From assembly GCA_951406725.2 (NCBI GenBank), contig OX597814.1, positions 193,626,001 to 193,690,000 on the forward strand: 64,000 nt of DNA. The letters are read 5' to 3'. Below are positions 25,651 through 38,544 of this stretch, piece by piece; position 1 is the first letter of the stretch, and each line of letters opens with the position of its first letter. Origin of the DNA: Octopus vulgaris. Its lineage: Eukaryota. The notes beneath the pieces are model-generated. The model was not told the DNA's origin and did not search any database. It worked only from the letters and a program-made list of their open reading frames with translations. A program made the position numbers and the translations under genes.

Positions 25651-26468
25651 AGGAAAAGAAAGATGGTCACGTGAGGAAAAGAAAGATGCACATGCGAGCA
25701 CACACACACACACATGCGCGCACACACGCTCGCATGCATGCATATACAAATATATTTTCATTCAGAGTTATGATTTATATTCAGAGCGGCTAGTAAATGA
25801 AAAAAAGAAACCGACTGAAATTTCATTTCTTCATAATACTGAATATAAAAATTATATGCGTTATTATGTGTCCCGGTAAGTATGTATATAAAATACCGAA
25901 GATATTGGAGAGGATTGCAGATGAGGTAAAAGGGAAGAGAAGATTGCAGGGGCCGGCGGAAGAGCCACAGAGGCATGCGTGGGCAGGAAGCATGTGTGGT
26001 CAGTTCGTGCAAAGATGGCAGCGAGCAAAGACGTTCAAAAGAGCGGCCATGTTTTCTTTCTTTCTCTCTTCAATATTTTCTCATTTCAAAAAAAAATAAA
26101 TAAATAAATAAACTGATACACACAACCGGTAAATATCATTAACACTGTATTTCATGTATGCCAACTGTATCATAAGTAAATGCATAATTAAAAGCTATAT
26201 CCATAGACGCGAGCAATCCGTACAGAAATTTTAATGTTTATGCTAAAGAACCAGGAAATTATTTTTCCATGTGTGAATGGAAAATGTAAGCATGTGAAAA
26301 TTATAGGCCATAAAATCCGTCTTAAATGAATTTATATAACTCAATTACCGAGTTCGTTTTTAATAAACTGTATGTCTGATAGACATGCATACACACACGC
26401 GCACACAAACGCTTTCATGCATGCATATACATACACATAGATACATTACATTGATATATTAATGTTTG

Positions 26469-26507
<39 letters not shown>

Positions 26508-26556
26508 AAACAAGTCAAAAATAGAAAATGCTAAAATAATTTTATAGTGAACATTT

Positions 26557-26594
26557 CAGTACCGGTTTCGGTCATTTTGAGACCTTTTCAACTG
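26557..26594 (-). ncRNA. Minimal hammerhead-like motif in the 3' pLTR (variant core TTGAAAA)
   Basis: Reverse complement of 28787-28824. Confidence 0.6.
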
Positions 26595-27342
26595 TAACGA
26601 TTAAATAATTAAATTTAGAAAAATTAGAAGAAAAGTTTTTTTAAAAGAATATTTCTATAGTAGTGTTCAGATTTAAGTGGCATTCTGCCTTTCTCTGACT
26701 CCCTTGTTTGCACTTGTGTGTTCGAGGTAGTTGTGAGTTCTTGGTAGGGTAGTAGAGGAAGAAGGCTGGTGAGGAAAGGGGGTGGGAGAATCTGGGAGTG
26801 CCCTGATGGTCGTATTTTGAATGGTCAGTGGCGGCTGGCAGTCTCAGTTCAATTCAGGAGAATATTTATATTGACAGGCTTGTTTATAGAATTAGCGTAG
26901 GTGTTATACTAAAAAACATTAGTGACAAAGTTAAGGGGTAGGGGGTGGAGAAGTAGAAGAAGAAGAAGAAGAAGAAGAAGAAGAAGAAGAAGAAGAAGAA
27001 GAAGAGAAGGAGAAGATGACGATGATGGTGATGGTGGTGATGATTATGACGACGATGATGATGATAATGATGATGATGAAGAAGAAGAAGAAGAAGAAGA
27101 AGAAGAAGGAGAAGGAGAAGATGGTGGTGATGATGGTGGTGATGATGATGACGACGATGATGATGATAATGATGATGATGAAGAAGAAGAGGAAGAAGAA
27201 GAAGAAGAAAAAAACAGAGAAGGGAGAATATGAATGGGTGTAAGTATAGCTATGAAGGGGCTGATTAGTAATGGATTCTATGGAGTGTAGTATTTGTGTG
27301 TGTATATATATTTTTTTCCTTTTATTCTAAAGTTGAGGTATA

Positions 27343-28449
27343 TTAATTGTTTGTCGTAGACCCGTTAAGAAGTGGCTTGTATTTTGTAATAAAGAGATTT
27401 TCTTTACTTATTCGTTGTCTCGAGGTTGTATCGTCCCTAAATTGGTAGAGGGGAAAAATTCTGAAGTTTGGTGTTTTTTTGTTGGCGCAAGTATCTATGT
27501 GTTGGCTAAAAGCTATTTTTCTGTTTTGGGGAATTTTTATCTGGGATCTGTGCAGGGCCATTCGTTTACGCAAACCATTTTTTGTTTGGCCTATGTACTG
27601 CTCTTGACACCCGGAGCAGGTTAGTGAGTATATTAGGTTCTCCGAAGCACATGTGAAGTTGCTTTTCACTGTAAACCGTTGTCCCTGTTTGAAGGAGAAC
27701 TCAGAACCCTCGATTAGATAGTCGCATATCCCGCAATTGGGTCTTCCACATTTTTTTACTGTCGGCTTCTGTGTTGAAGAGTGAATTCGGGCTTGTGTAA
27801 GGAGACTTTTCATGGATCTAGGCTGTCTTTTGCTTTTTATGATCGTGTGTGTTTGGAGGATTGTGTTCATTCTGTGGTCTTTTTTTAGGAGGGGTATGTT
27901 GTGGAGGATGGTGTCGAAGGCTTCGTTATTGAGAGGGTTGTGTGTGGAGATGTATGGTAAGGCTTTTGGTTGTAAGTTTTTCTTTGATTTGGGATGTCTC
28001 AGTTCCTTGATGTTAAGTTGAAGGGCACGTTGAATGCACTTGTCAATAAGTGAAGGTGGATAGTTCCTGGTGATTAGGGTATCTTTTAGTTCTTGTAGTC
28101 GTGTGTCTCTGGTGTTTGCGTTAGAGACTATAGTGCATATCCTTTTTGCTAGATTGAAGGGGATATTCATCCTGGTGTGTCTGGGGTGGCATGAATTGAA
28201 TGGAAGATATTGCTTAGAGTCTGTAGGCTTATAGTATATGTCTGTTTCTATTATATTATTAGCTTTCTTAATGAGGATATCGAGGAAGGGGAGTTGTTGT
28301 TGGCTATATTCCATCGTGAATTGGATGTTTACGTCCAGTCCGTTTAAAATTTTCTGGAATTCTATGAGTTTTTCTATATTTTTATGCCAAAGGATGAAAC
28401 AGTCATCTAGATATCTCTTCCAGTTGTTTTCTATGTAGATGGAGAAAGG
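27343..28449 (-). CDS. Penelope-like RT (C-terminal part) plus GIY-YIG endonuclease, 5'-truncated
   Basis: The frame stays open 45 codons upstream of the listed Met: WKRYLDDCF (YLDD at 28402-28413), LPFLD, YYKPTD, Cys linker CGRPNCGIC, NLIYSLTC..C...YIGQT, downstream R/E/N residues. No stops. Confidence 0.92.
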   Translation of the reverse strand, partial: PFSIYIENNWKRYLDDCFILWHKNIEKLIEFQKILNGLDVNIQFTMEYSQQQLPFLDILIKKANNIIETDIYYKPTDSKQYLPFNSCHPRHTRMNIPFNLAKRICTIVSNANTRDTRLQELKDTLITRNYPPSLIDKCIQRALQLNIKELRHPKSKKNLQPKALPYISTHNPLNNEAFDTILHNIPLLKKDHRMNTILQTHTIIKSKRQPRSMKSLLTQARIHSSTQKPTVKKCGRPNCGICDYLIEGSEFSFKQGQRFTVKSNFTCASENLIYSLTCSGCQEQYIGQTKNGLRKRMALHRSQIKIPQNRKIAFSQHIDTCANKKTPNFRIFPLYQFRDDTTSRQRISKENLFITKYKPLLNGSTTNN

Positions 28450-28786
28450 GCTTTGTCACTAATGTTTTTTAGTATAACACCTACGCTAATTCTATAAACA
28501 AGCCTGTCAATATAAATATTCTCCTGAATTGAACTGAGACTGCCAGCCGCCACTGACCATTCAAAATACGACCATCAGGGCACTCCCAGATTCTCCCACC
28601 CCCTTTCCTCACCAGCCTTCTTCCTCTACTACCCTACCAAGAACTCACAACTACCTCGAACACACAAGTGCAAACAAGGGAGTCAGAGAAAGGCAGAATG
28701 CCACTTAAATCTGAACACTACTATAGAAATATTCTTTTAAAAAAACTTTTCTTCTAATTTTTCTAAATTTAATTATTTAATCGTTA

Positions 28787-28824
28787 CAGTTGAAAAGGTC
28801 TCAAAATGACCGAAACCGGTACTG
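28787..28824 (+). ncRNA. Minimal hammerhead-like motif in the inverted pLTR (variant core TTGAAAA)
   Basis: CAG-TTGAAAA-GGTC-tcaaaat-GACC-GAAAC-cg-GTA-CTG; palindromic stem III accggt. Confidence 0.6.
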
Positions 28825-28911
28825 AAATGTTCACTATAAAATTATTTTAGCATTTTCTATTTTTGACTTGTTTTTTCATATATATCAACTCGTGTGTTCC
28901 TTTTCACCCTT

Positions 28912-28954
<43 letters not shown>

Positions 28955-28956
<2 letters not shown>

Positions 28957-29240
28957 AACCACATGGTTCCGGTTTCAGTCCCACTACGTGGCACCTTGGC
29001 CAAGTGTCTTCTACTATAGCCTCGGGCCTACTAAAAAGATTTAGTACACGGAAACTGAAAGAATCCCGTCGTATATATGTATATGTATGTGCGTTTGTGT
29101 GTCTGCGTTTGTGTGTCTGCGTTTGTGTCCCCCCTCCCACCAACATCGCGCTTGACAACCGGTGTTGGTGTGTCTACGTCCCCGTAACTTAGCAGTTCAG
29201 CAAAAGAGACCGATAGAATAAGTACTAGGCTTACAAAGGG
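28955..29240 (+). mobile_element. SINE S1, partial
   Basis: ccaaccacatggttccgg...gatagaataagtactaggcttacaaag. Confidence 0.85.
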
Positions 29241-29702
29241 TAATAAGTATATATATATATATATATATATATATAACTTATGTATATGACGTACTTAACG
29301 TATGTGTATCGTTGAAAAGCCAGAAGAAGCAGTTCGGGATAAAATCCTTTTATAGACGTATTGTGTTTAAAAAAAAGTGACTTCTGAGCTAGGCGACATG
29401 AAATCGCTCCGGAAATGACCACTGAGTGACAGCCGCTTATTTCGCCGTTTTTGCGGTTTGTTAATGCCACGTACTCGTGTCACTTTCAAAATGAGGTCGA
29501 ATCAGTCAGTTTGAAGTATATAGAGGCGGTGTATAAACAATATAGCGGTTGGCAATGACGCCGCTTAGGCTGAGCTGTTTCTGTTGCGTAATTTGAATCT
29601 ATCAATCTATCTATCAATCTATCCATCTATCAAACAACCCACCCATCTATGTTTTTATAAATCTATCTATGTATTTATCTCTCTCTCTCTCTCTCTCTCT
29701 CT

Positions 29703-29759
<57 letters not shown>

Positions 29760-30135
29760 AGAGGAAAAATTATAATATGGCAGAATGCTAAATTGAAAGT
29801 AAATTTTAATAAAAATGGGTGTATGGAAAATTAAAAAATTAAAAAGTAATAAAACAAACAAGGCAAATTTTCAAGATTTGGAGGGGGAACATTTTTTTTT
29901 AAATTGAGGAATGGGAAAAAAGAAATTTACAAGGTTTTTTTCGAAAAAAATAATAATACATATATACAAAAATTAATAAATAAGTATACCAATACATTGT
30001 AGAGTCTTTATGCTTTTAGAGTTCAATAATAGTCCTTGGAAAAATGTCTTTGGGGGATTAGAATGCATGTGCTTAAAGGTAGTGTTTAATTTAAAGGGTT
30101 GGGTGAATATATATATATACATATACATACATACA

Positions 30136-30171
<36 letters not shown>

Positions 30172-31839
30172 TACATACATACATACGTGCGCGCACACAC
30201 AAGTTATCCTTTTATGTGCAGATAATATACTTGTAAACTTAGGCAGTGGACATATATGCATGTTCAAATTTACCTTTTTCTCTGCCTATTGCAAAAACTG
30301 ATGAACGGCTTTACTCGATTTTCGAGCCTTAATAGGATCTTATCAGCAGTGTATACATCATTTGACCAATGTCATTTATATCTATATCAATCTATATATG
30401 CATGAACATAAATATATTCTTGTATTCGTAATTACATACCAGTTTAAAAAAAAAAAAAAAGAAATCCGCACAGAGACTAAATTTTTTTCATCACATTGTA
30501 TAAGTAAAATATATAAATTGCTATATCTGGTCCTTTTGTCTGTCATCTTCATATTTTACAATATTTATGGAAAGGAAGCATAATCTCAAATTCACGGCCT
30601 CCACATCAAACTGTGTTAGGTAGAGAGAATATGCTGAGGCCTTCATCTCGCAGTGGACAGAACACAGGCAATCCAATCCAGTCCAATCCAAAACGGAAAG
30701 CGAGTATTTATTTCGCAATTTATTCCGTAAGCATTCGGCTTTCAGAAGAGCATCAACGAAATGACTTCGATGCTTAAGACGTAGTTGAACAAATAGGGTT
30801 AAGATTCAAAAATTACATCAGCAAGGAAATTGGATCATTGTTCCTTCCTTCATGTAATATTTTCAATTCGCCGTTTATAATATATTTGATTACCGTCTGC
30901 ATAATAGCATTTCTTTTCCAAACACCATTAATTAACTGGAAAATTATTGAAAATGATATATTTTTTCTTTATTTAGTTTCATGAACCGTTCTGCACCAAT
31001 TCATAAACAAATATCTTAATATGAGATAAAATTAAGCATTTTAGTGTAAACTGTGTTAACCCTTCCAAATTTTAGTTGAACTGGGAGAGAAACGTGTCTG
31101 TGTTCAGTGGTATCAATATCAGAGATAGAGATGTAATGAGAAATAGTTTGATCGTAGTTGAGAATTAGGTTTTTGCTTCACTTGCAATTTTGGTTTTTAT
31201 TGGTATAAGTCATGTCTGACGAATTCTAGTAAAACGAAATACTAAACACGGAAGACAAAAGACTGAGGACATCTGAATCGAGGACTATACGTTCGTTCAT
31301 GAAATATATACTCCTATCAAAAGGATCAACTGACAACGAGAGAGCATTTAATGTAACTCCATATATAACTTGAAAAGCTGGGATGATCACAGCTGGAAAG
31401 CTTTAAGTCATTGATCTATTCCATCAGGCTTGATCTGAGATTAAATAACAACAGCAACAGCACAAGTGCTATTCTTGAATTTTCCTGACTTTACAAGTCA
31501 TGGATTTTAGCGAAATCAAAATAGCGCTGGATTAAATGTTTTTCTTTTCTTTTCTTTCTTTCTTTTTTTTTGGGGCCTCTTTTTTTTCCAAAGCTTAATC
31601 AGTAAGGAAAACCACAGCGTCCATGACTTTTTTCAAGATTCAAGCGGCTGATCAACTCAAAATTATAGCAGAAAACACCGAACGTTCCTCATGGTGGTCG
31701 TGAATCAAAAATTAGTAAATTCTGAAACAAATCTCAAAACTACAGATCCCTGTAAATGGTTGAAAATAAAATACAATAAAATTTTTAAATGACATAGAGA
31801 TAATAGAGAAGTACTTAAGGTTACTTATGATAAATATAA

Positions 31840-32230
31840 TCTCTCTCTATATAAAGCTGAAGTTGTCTGTGTATGGCACGTTTGGTAGCCTTCAACTAAC
31901 ACTATCTCCTCCGAGACCCTGCGGCGAAAGTTAACCAAAATTAAGAGTATGATAGGAGAAGGCTTGTTCTTCCTTCCGTTGAAGAAACAATTCAAATCGG
32001 ACCATGTTAACACCAAAAATTGTTTACATCAAAAAGGTGCTTTTTTACGATAAAAATCCCGATTTTTTACTATTTTTTGACTGCTGTGTTGCCATTTTTC
32101 GGTGTATTTCAACCAGAAAAATGTTCACTTAAAGAGAATAACAAGCTGCATAATGCAAAATTTTACTTTTAAAAAATTCCAATTCCAAAGGGTCGAAACA
32201 AACCCGAGCAACGCCAGGCGATAATGCTAG
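31840..32230 (+). mobile_element. Non-autonomous Helitron
   Basis: a|TCtctctctatataaagc start; ends aaacccgagcaacgccaggcgataatgCTAG|t, the same 3' terminus as 1514-1911 with a different 5' part. Confidence 0.85.
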
Positions 32231-32344
32231 TATTTGTTATTATCATAAGCTATAATGATAATATGGATAATTGTAACTTCAGTAGAGATGGAGTAGCAAA
32301 GTCTGTAGATTGTCGAGCAGAGTAACTAATATATATAAATATAT

Positions 32345-32400
<56 letters not shown>

Positions 32401-32699
32401 ATATGTATATGTATATATGCTCACACACGCACATACACACACATAATTGTTATATGATATATCTAGAATGGTTATACTACGTATATGATTGGTAAGTATA
32501 TTTAATGAGTATATTATATTACGTATATTTAGTGGTTATATGTTATGTCTACTTGCTATATGAGGTATATACAATAATTGTATTATGCATTCCTGTTTTC
32601 CATTTTTTCTCTCTTTGTTTGCATATTGAACTCATTTGTTTTCGTATTTCCTCTTGCTTACTGTTGGTGACGTCCTGTATCCATATATGCACATATATG

Positions 32700-33109
<410 letters not shown>

Positions 33110-33257
33110 TTAAAAAAAATATATAAATTTCCACACGAAAGCACGTAACTTCAACCGTGTCTTCTCTGATGCGAATTTGCTACCCAGGTATCGGTTAATC
33201 GAATTATCCATAACAAGATAATTCATTCAACTACTCAAATATATATATATACACGGT

Positions 33258-33319
<62 letters not shown>

Positions 33320-33549
33320 CATCACACCAGCACGCACACACTAGCACTGACCACTTCCCAGCACCCACACCATCATCCGCACACCTACACATGCATACAC
33401 GCACGCGCACCTTCGTTTTGGGATCACCACTGCTTTATTACCTCCCCTTCTTCCTAGCTCTCCTGTGTGACCCCTCGGTCCAGCATTTGCCATGATAGAT
33501 CGCTAGCCACAATACATTCTTTATTTTCTCTCACTGTTTCTTTCTATGT

Positions 33550-33588
33550 TCTTTTCTGTGGAAGAGTGTAGGCTCGAAACGTTAAAGA
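33550..33588 (+). ncRNA. Variant hammerhead-like motif in a short pLTR-like repeat
   Basis: TCTTT-tctgtggaa-GAGT-gtag-GCTC-GAAAC-GTT-AAAGA. Stems are compatible but the 5' core is non-canonical. Confidence 0.4.
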
Positions 33589-34204
33589 CTTTTTCACTTC
33601 CCGAGCGTTAAAATAATACACCTGTTTGTTGTCTACACCACCTGTCTTCGTCTTTTGTTGTTGTTTTTTTTGTGAATTCTCCCCATATATATAAAGTTGC
33701 ATTTTCTTATAAAGTATGTTTTTAAGTATACTTCACAATATATGGACTGCATCAAGAAGTGCTCATTGCGAGCTAAATCGAAGGATAAGGGAAATTATAG
33801 AAGGAACACATATGACTTTTGCATGTAATTTTGTTCACTTATTTATAAATTTATATATATATATATATATATATTTCATTGTGTTTTAAATTATGCTTTG
33901 GAATTTGTACTGATTGCCTAGATGTGTTCCTTCTATAATTTCCCTTATACATCTACATATAATATACATACACATTTATATATAATACACATTTACTAAC
34001 ACACACGCACACACACTCGCACGCACACACACATATAAATATATATAACGGTGATGCTCCAGCATGACCGCAGCTTTAAAGCTGAAACAAGTTAAAGAGT
34101 CATATATATTAAAACAAAACCTGGAACGCCTAGTATACTTTGAAGTCAATGTCACACGTGTTTGATTACAGTATAGGGAAAGCATCATGAATATAACTAT
34201 TAAC

Positions 34205-34251
<47 letters not shown>

Positions 34252-34437
34252 TAACAATAATAATATAAATATAATAAATTCTTAATGTGTGTGTGTAGAA
34301 AACATGTATAGGATCTCCTATACGTAATTCTCCAGACAAAGATTCATAAATACGTGTACAGGTTATGTATTATATAAATAACGGTTACTTGAAGGATATC
34401 TAATGGTTACATTATGTGGGTTAAAAAGTTATTTTCG

Positions 34438-34761
34438 CAAACAAGAAGAAAATGGAGATTGTGAAGTTAATTGTTTATTATTAACAGCAACTTGATCGTC
34501 TTCACTTACACCCGTTTCTATTAATAGTCAACAAGCATTAAATTTACATTTATGTGACATGCATAATATCATCAGAGGGAAAAAGATGTACCTTTGGATG
34601 CTATATGTGTGTTTGTGAATTCAGCTTAGCACTGCTAATGTCGCATAAATGTAAATTTAATGTTTATTGTGTCAATAGAAACGGCTGTAGGTGAAGATGA
34701 CTAATTTGCTGTAAATGATAAGCAATTATTAACTTCCCAATCACCATTTTCTTCTTCATTT
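34438..34761 (-). mobile_element. Older palindromic Penelope-style mini-element
   Basis: Diverged inverted arms 34438-34560 / 34638-34761. Confidence 0.7.
34501..34581 (-). ncRNA. Type I hammerhead ribozyme motif, long stem II
   Basis: Minus strand ttccct-CTGATGA-TATTA...TAATA-GAAAC-gggt-GTA-agtgaa. Confidence 0.65.
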
Positions 34762-35315
34762 AAACGAATACATACATATATATATATATATATAAGTGAA
34801 AAAGTGTATAGCAAATGCACAATCGAAAAACAGACACAGAAGGTCCCAAGTTCCTCATCGGTTATCGACCAGAGGGTATGACACAACTTCGTGTCTTCGT
34901 GTCTTTTTATATATGATGGGCTTCCACAAGTTTCCGTTTGCTAAATTCTCTCGCCAGATATTGGTCGTCCCGGTACTATATTAAAAGACACTTGTTCACG
35001 GTACCGTGCAGTGAAACTGAACCCGAAAACACATGGTTTCAAAGCTAACATTTTAACCACGCAACTATGTCTGCACCGATTACATATATCTAATTATGAT
35101 TGTGCTAAATCGGGAATGGACATAACTTCCATAATAGGCGCGATGGTCACAAGAGGTAAGCGGTTAGTCATGGCCCATCGTGTTGATATGGAGCAAAATC
35201 GTAACATTAATAGATAAATGCTATTTCTTGAATTTTCCAATTTTACATGATATGAAATTTAATAAAATATATATATATATTTTTTTTTTTACAATTCATT
35301 TATTTTCTTTACTTC

Positions 35316-35750
35316 TGTACAGTAAAAATTTACTACTGTACAGTAAAGATCATCTACTCTTCAGTAGAGACCTACAACTGTACGGCAAAAACCCACAACT
35401 GTGCAATAAAGACCCATTCCTGAACAGTAAAGACTAACAACTGTACAGTAATGAACCCTTACACTTCAGTAAAGACGCATTACTAGAACAGTAAAGTCCC
35501 ACAACTTTTCTATCAAAATTCACAACTGTACAGTAACCATCAACTGCAAAGACCCACAGCAGTACATTAAAGATCCACTGCTGTAAGGTAAAAAATCTAT
35601 TACTGTACGGCAAAGATCATTTACTGTACAATAAAGGCCCACTACTGTAATGTAAAGACCCATTGCTGTAGTGTAATGACCCACAACTGTACCATTAATA
35701 CCCACTACGGTACTGCAAGGACCCACTACTGTACGGTAAAGACACATAAC
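35316..35750. repeat. Degenerate 21-bp minisatellite (approx. cagtaaagacccactactgta)
   Basis: Roughly 20 diverged tandem units visible. Confidence 0.85.
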
Positions 35751-36351
35751 TGACATAACATAAATGTTTATTCCACTTAAGTTTGCATTGATTTAACCAA
35801 GAAGTATATAATAATCAGATCTCATCTCAGGCCTGTAATCAATTCGTACTAACACTATTTTTCTACCTCTTTTGAAGTCAAGTATTAAACATTCTCTCGG
35901 GATTGAGTCTATTTAATAATTTAAATGTGATTTAATTTTAGCACTCATAAAAAATATTTATAAATAACTACTTATGTATTTAATTATAATTATGCCACTT
36001 TCCAATACAGCTTTTTTTTTAACATTAAGGTCAGCCTCAATTACTTTATACACTTTTTAGGTTTCTCTAATTGGTGTGAATGTCATATTCCATAGCATGT
36101 ATATCATGACTCACGAAAAGGCAGAATCGTTAGAGTGTTGGCAAAACTGCCGAGATTAACTTTGCTTTCATCATAGGAGGTTGATAAAATAAAGTATCAG
36201 TTAAGAACTTGAGTCGATTTAATAGACTATCTTCTCTTGCAGTCAGATACCTGGCCTTGTGCCTATGCTAGGAACCATAATGATCGTTGCTGAAACAGCA
36301 GATACGATAACGATATGGTTTTCAAGTTGTACTATTTAATGCAATAAAAAG

Positions 36352-36660
36352 TGGAGGATCATGGTCTAGTGGTTAGAGCAGCAGATTCGCAGTCGACGGA
36401 TCGCGGGTTCGAATCTCAGACTGGGTGATGTGTGTGTTAATGAGTGAAACACCTAAGCTCCACGCGGCTCCAGCAGAAGGCAATGGCGAGCTTCTGCTGA
36501 CTTTTTCGCCTCAACTTTCTCTCACTCTTTCCTCCTACATCTAGCGGCTCACCTGCGACGGACCGGCATCCCGTCCAGGTGGAACCTATACGCCAAGGAA
36601 ACCGGGAAACCGGCCCTTATGAGCCAGGCATGGCTCGAGGAGGAACAAACAAAAACAAAC
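36352..36660 (+). mobile_element. SINE family S3, full length
   Basis: Box A tggtctagtgg, box B gggttcgaatc, cctgcgacggaccggcatcccgtccagg segment, (AAAC)n tail. Homologous to 38846-39162, 37360-37513 (-), 36812-36875 (-) and 61878-62065. Confidence 0.85.
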
Positions 36661-37178
36661 AACAAACGTAATAAAATGCGAGCACACGCACACTCATACA
36701 CACAAACACACATACAATTTTTTAAAAATGTATATTGATCAAAAAGAAGTATATTCATTAACGACATTTGAACAAGGTAACAAGTAAGCAACGTTAGACA
36801 GAGCTGAAGAAACCTTCCGCCGGAGCCGCGTGGAGATTAGGTGTTTCGCTCATAAGCATACACATCGCCCAGTCTGAAGAAACTACTTAACATACTGCGA
36901 TTGAGAAAAGAAAAGAGGAAAATCTAACAAGAACCTATCGAAAGAATCGCAAACGAATCAAAATCATATTTATTTGGCAAATCAGAAAGAGGAAGAGAGT
37001 TTCACAGAACAGATGCTGGTGGAAAGAAACTACAGGAGTGAAAACACTTCTTTACAGAATGGGCGACAACAGTGAAGCTTCGAGAAAGAGCTGAACGCAA
37101 GGATTCACTTGGTTAATAACCTGAAGAGGAGACACAACAAACGTTCAACACAACAATATTCATGGGGTCTCGATGGAG

Positions 37179-37242
<64 letters not shown>

Positions 37243-37247
37243 GTATA

Positions 37248-37338
<91 letters not shown>

Positions 37339-37359
37339 GGGAGTAAATCCAAACTTACA

Positions 37360-37513
37360 GAGTGAAAGTTGTGGTGAAAGAGTCAGCAGAAGTTCGCCAT
37401 TACCTTCTGCTTGAGCCACGTGGAGATTAGGTGATTTGCTCACAAACACACACATCGCCCGGTCTGAGATTCGAACCGGCGATCCCTCGACTGCGAGTCC
37501 GCTGCTCTAACCA
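37360..37513 (-). mobile_element. SINE S3, 5' part
   Basis: Reverse complement of ggttagagcagcggactcgcagtcgagggatcgccggttcgaatctcagacc. Confidence 0.85.
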
Positions 37514-38042
37514 TATATCATTAGAGGAGCATTGCATGAAATATAGTTATGTACAATGATATTTAACATGCTGCTGTACATTCGGACATGGAAAAACAAT
37601 ACGCTTCACAGGCTGTTTCGAGAGAAATAGGACCTTACGACATGTGCGTTTCTGTGTTGTTACTATTCATCAGTGCTGTATGCCGAGCAGTCATTCGTAG
37701 CTACAAAGTTTTGGTCGCTTTTATATCAGAACAGCAAATGGTACATTTGCCGATGTGCGAAAAGATTTGTCAAGCTGGAATAAATTAAAATAAAATCAAC
37801 ATAATTATGTGTGCCTGTGAGTTTTGTGCGTGTGTGTGTATGTTTAGTTATATTAAAAACATTGAAACATTTATTGACACTTTACAGATTTAAGTAGCGT
37901 ATCATATTTTTACAGGGAAACATTGACAATGACCTCGAAGATTTGGTTCAGTTGCCCTCGTCTAATTACATACATACACACGCACATACATACGTACGTA
38001 TATACATACATACATACATACATACATACATACATACATACA

Positions 38043-38078
<36 letters not shown>

Positions 38079-38087
38079 TACATGTCC

Positions 38088-38127
<40 letters not shown>

Positions 38128-38431
38128 GTTGTTTTTTTTTGTATTTATATTCGTATTATTTATTGTTTTTTTGCATTATTTTTGTATTTATATTCGTGTA
38201 ACATCGTCCGTTTTTCCGTCCTTGTTTCGTATATATTCGATCCTTTTTCCAAGGAATTTAATGCTCTTAGCTTAGTTGTTCCTTGGGGTTGGCCAGATTG
38301 GAGCAATCTCAAGATTAATCAGTCGAAATTGCGAGGATGATCCGGTTCTTGACTGAAGATTAAAGGCTTCGAATGACCCGCTCGTGTTTTTTGTATCGTC
38401 TATTTGCATGTTTTGCGTTCTTGTCCCATTT

Positions 38432-38484
<53 letters not shown>

Positions 38485-38544
38485 CGACTACGTACACTTT
38501 GTTCCCTTATATGTATATACTTATATGTATACAAACACACACGC

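Larger units (their letters stand above)
26504..28877 (-). mobile_element. 5'-truncated Penelope-like retroelement with inverted pseudo-LTR
   Basis: RT-GIY-YIG ORF on minus; 427-bp inverted repeat 26504-26930 / 28451-28877; both ends abut (TA)n. Confidence 0.95.

Noticed and set aside
35316-35750. CRISPR-like array (also 46672-46773 and 63837-63919)
   Set aside because: Contiguous tandem units without unique spacers, no cas genes, eukaryotic context.
38278-38340. Hammerhead in a pLTR-like repeat
   Set aside because: Possible stems and GAAA, but the 5' core and cleavage triplet are not recognisable.
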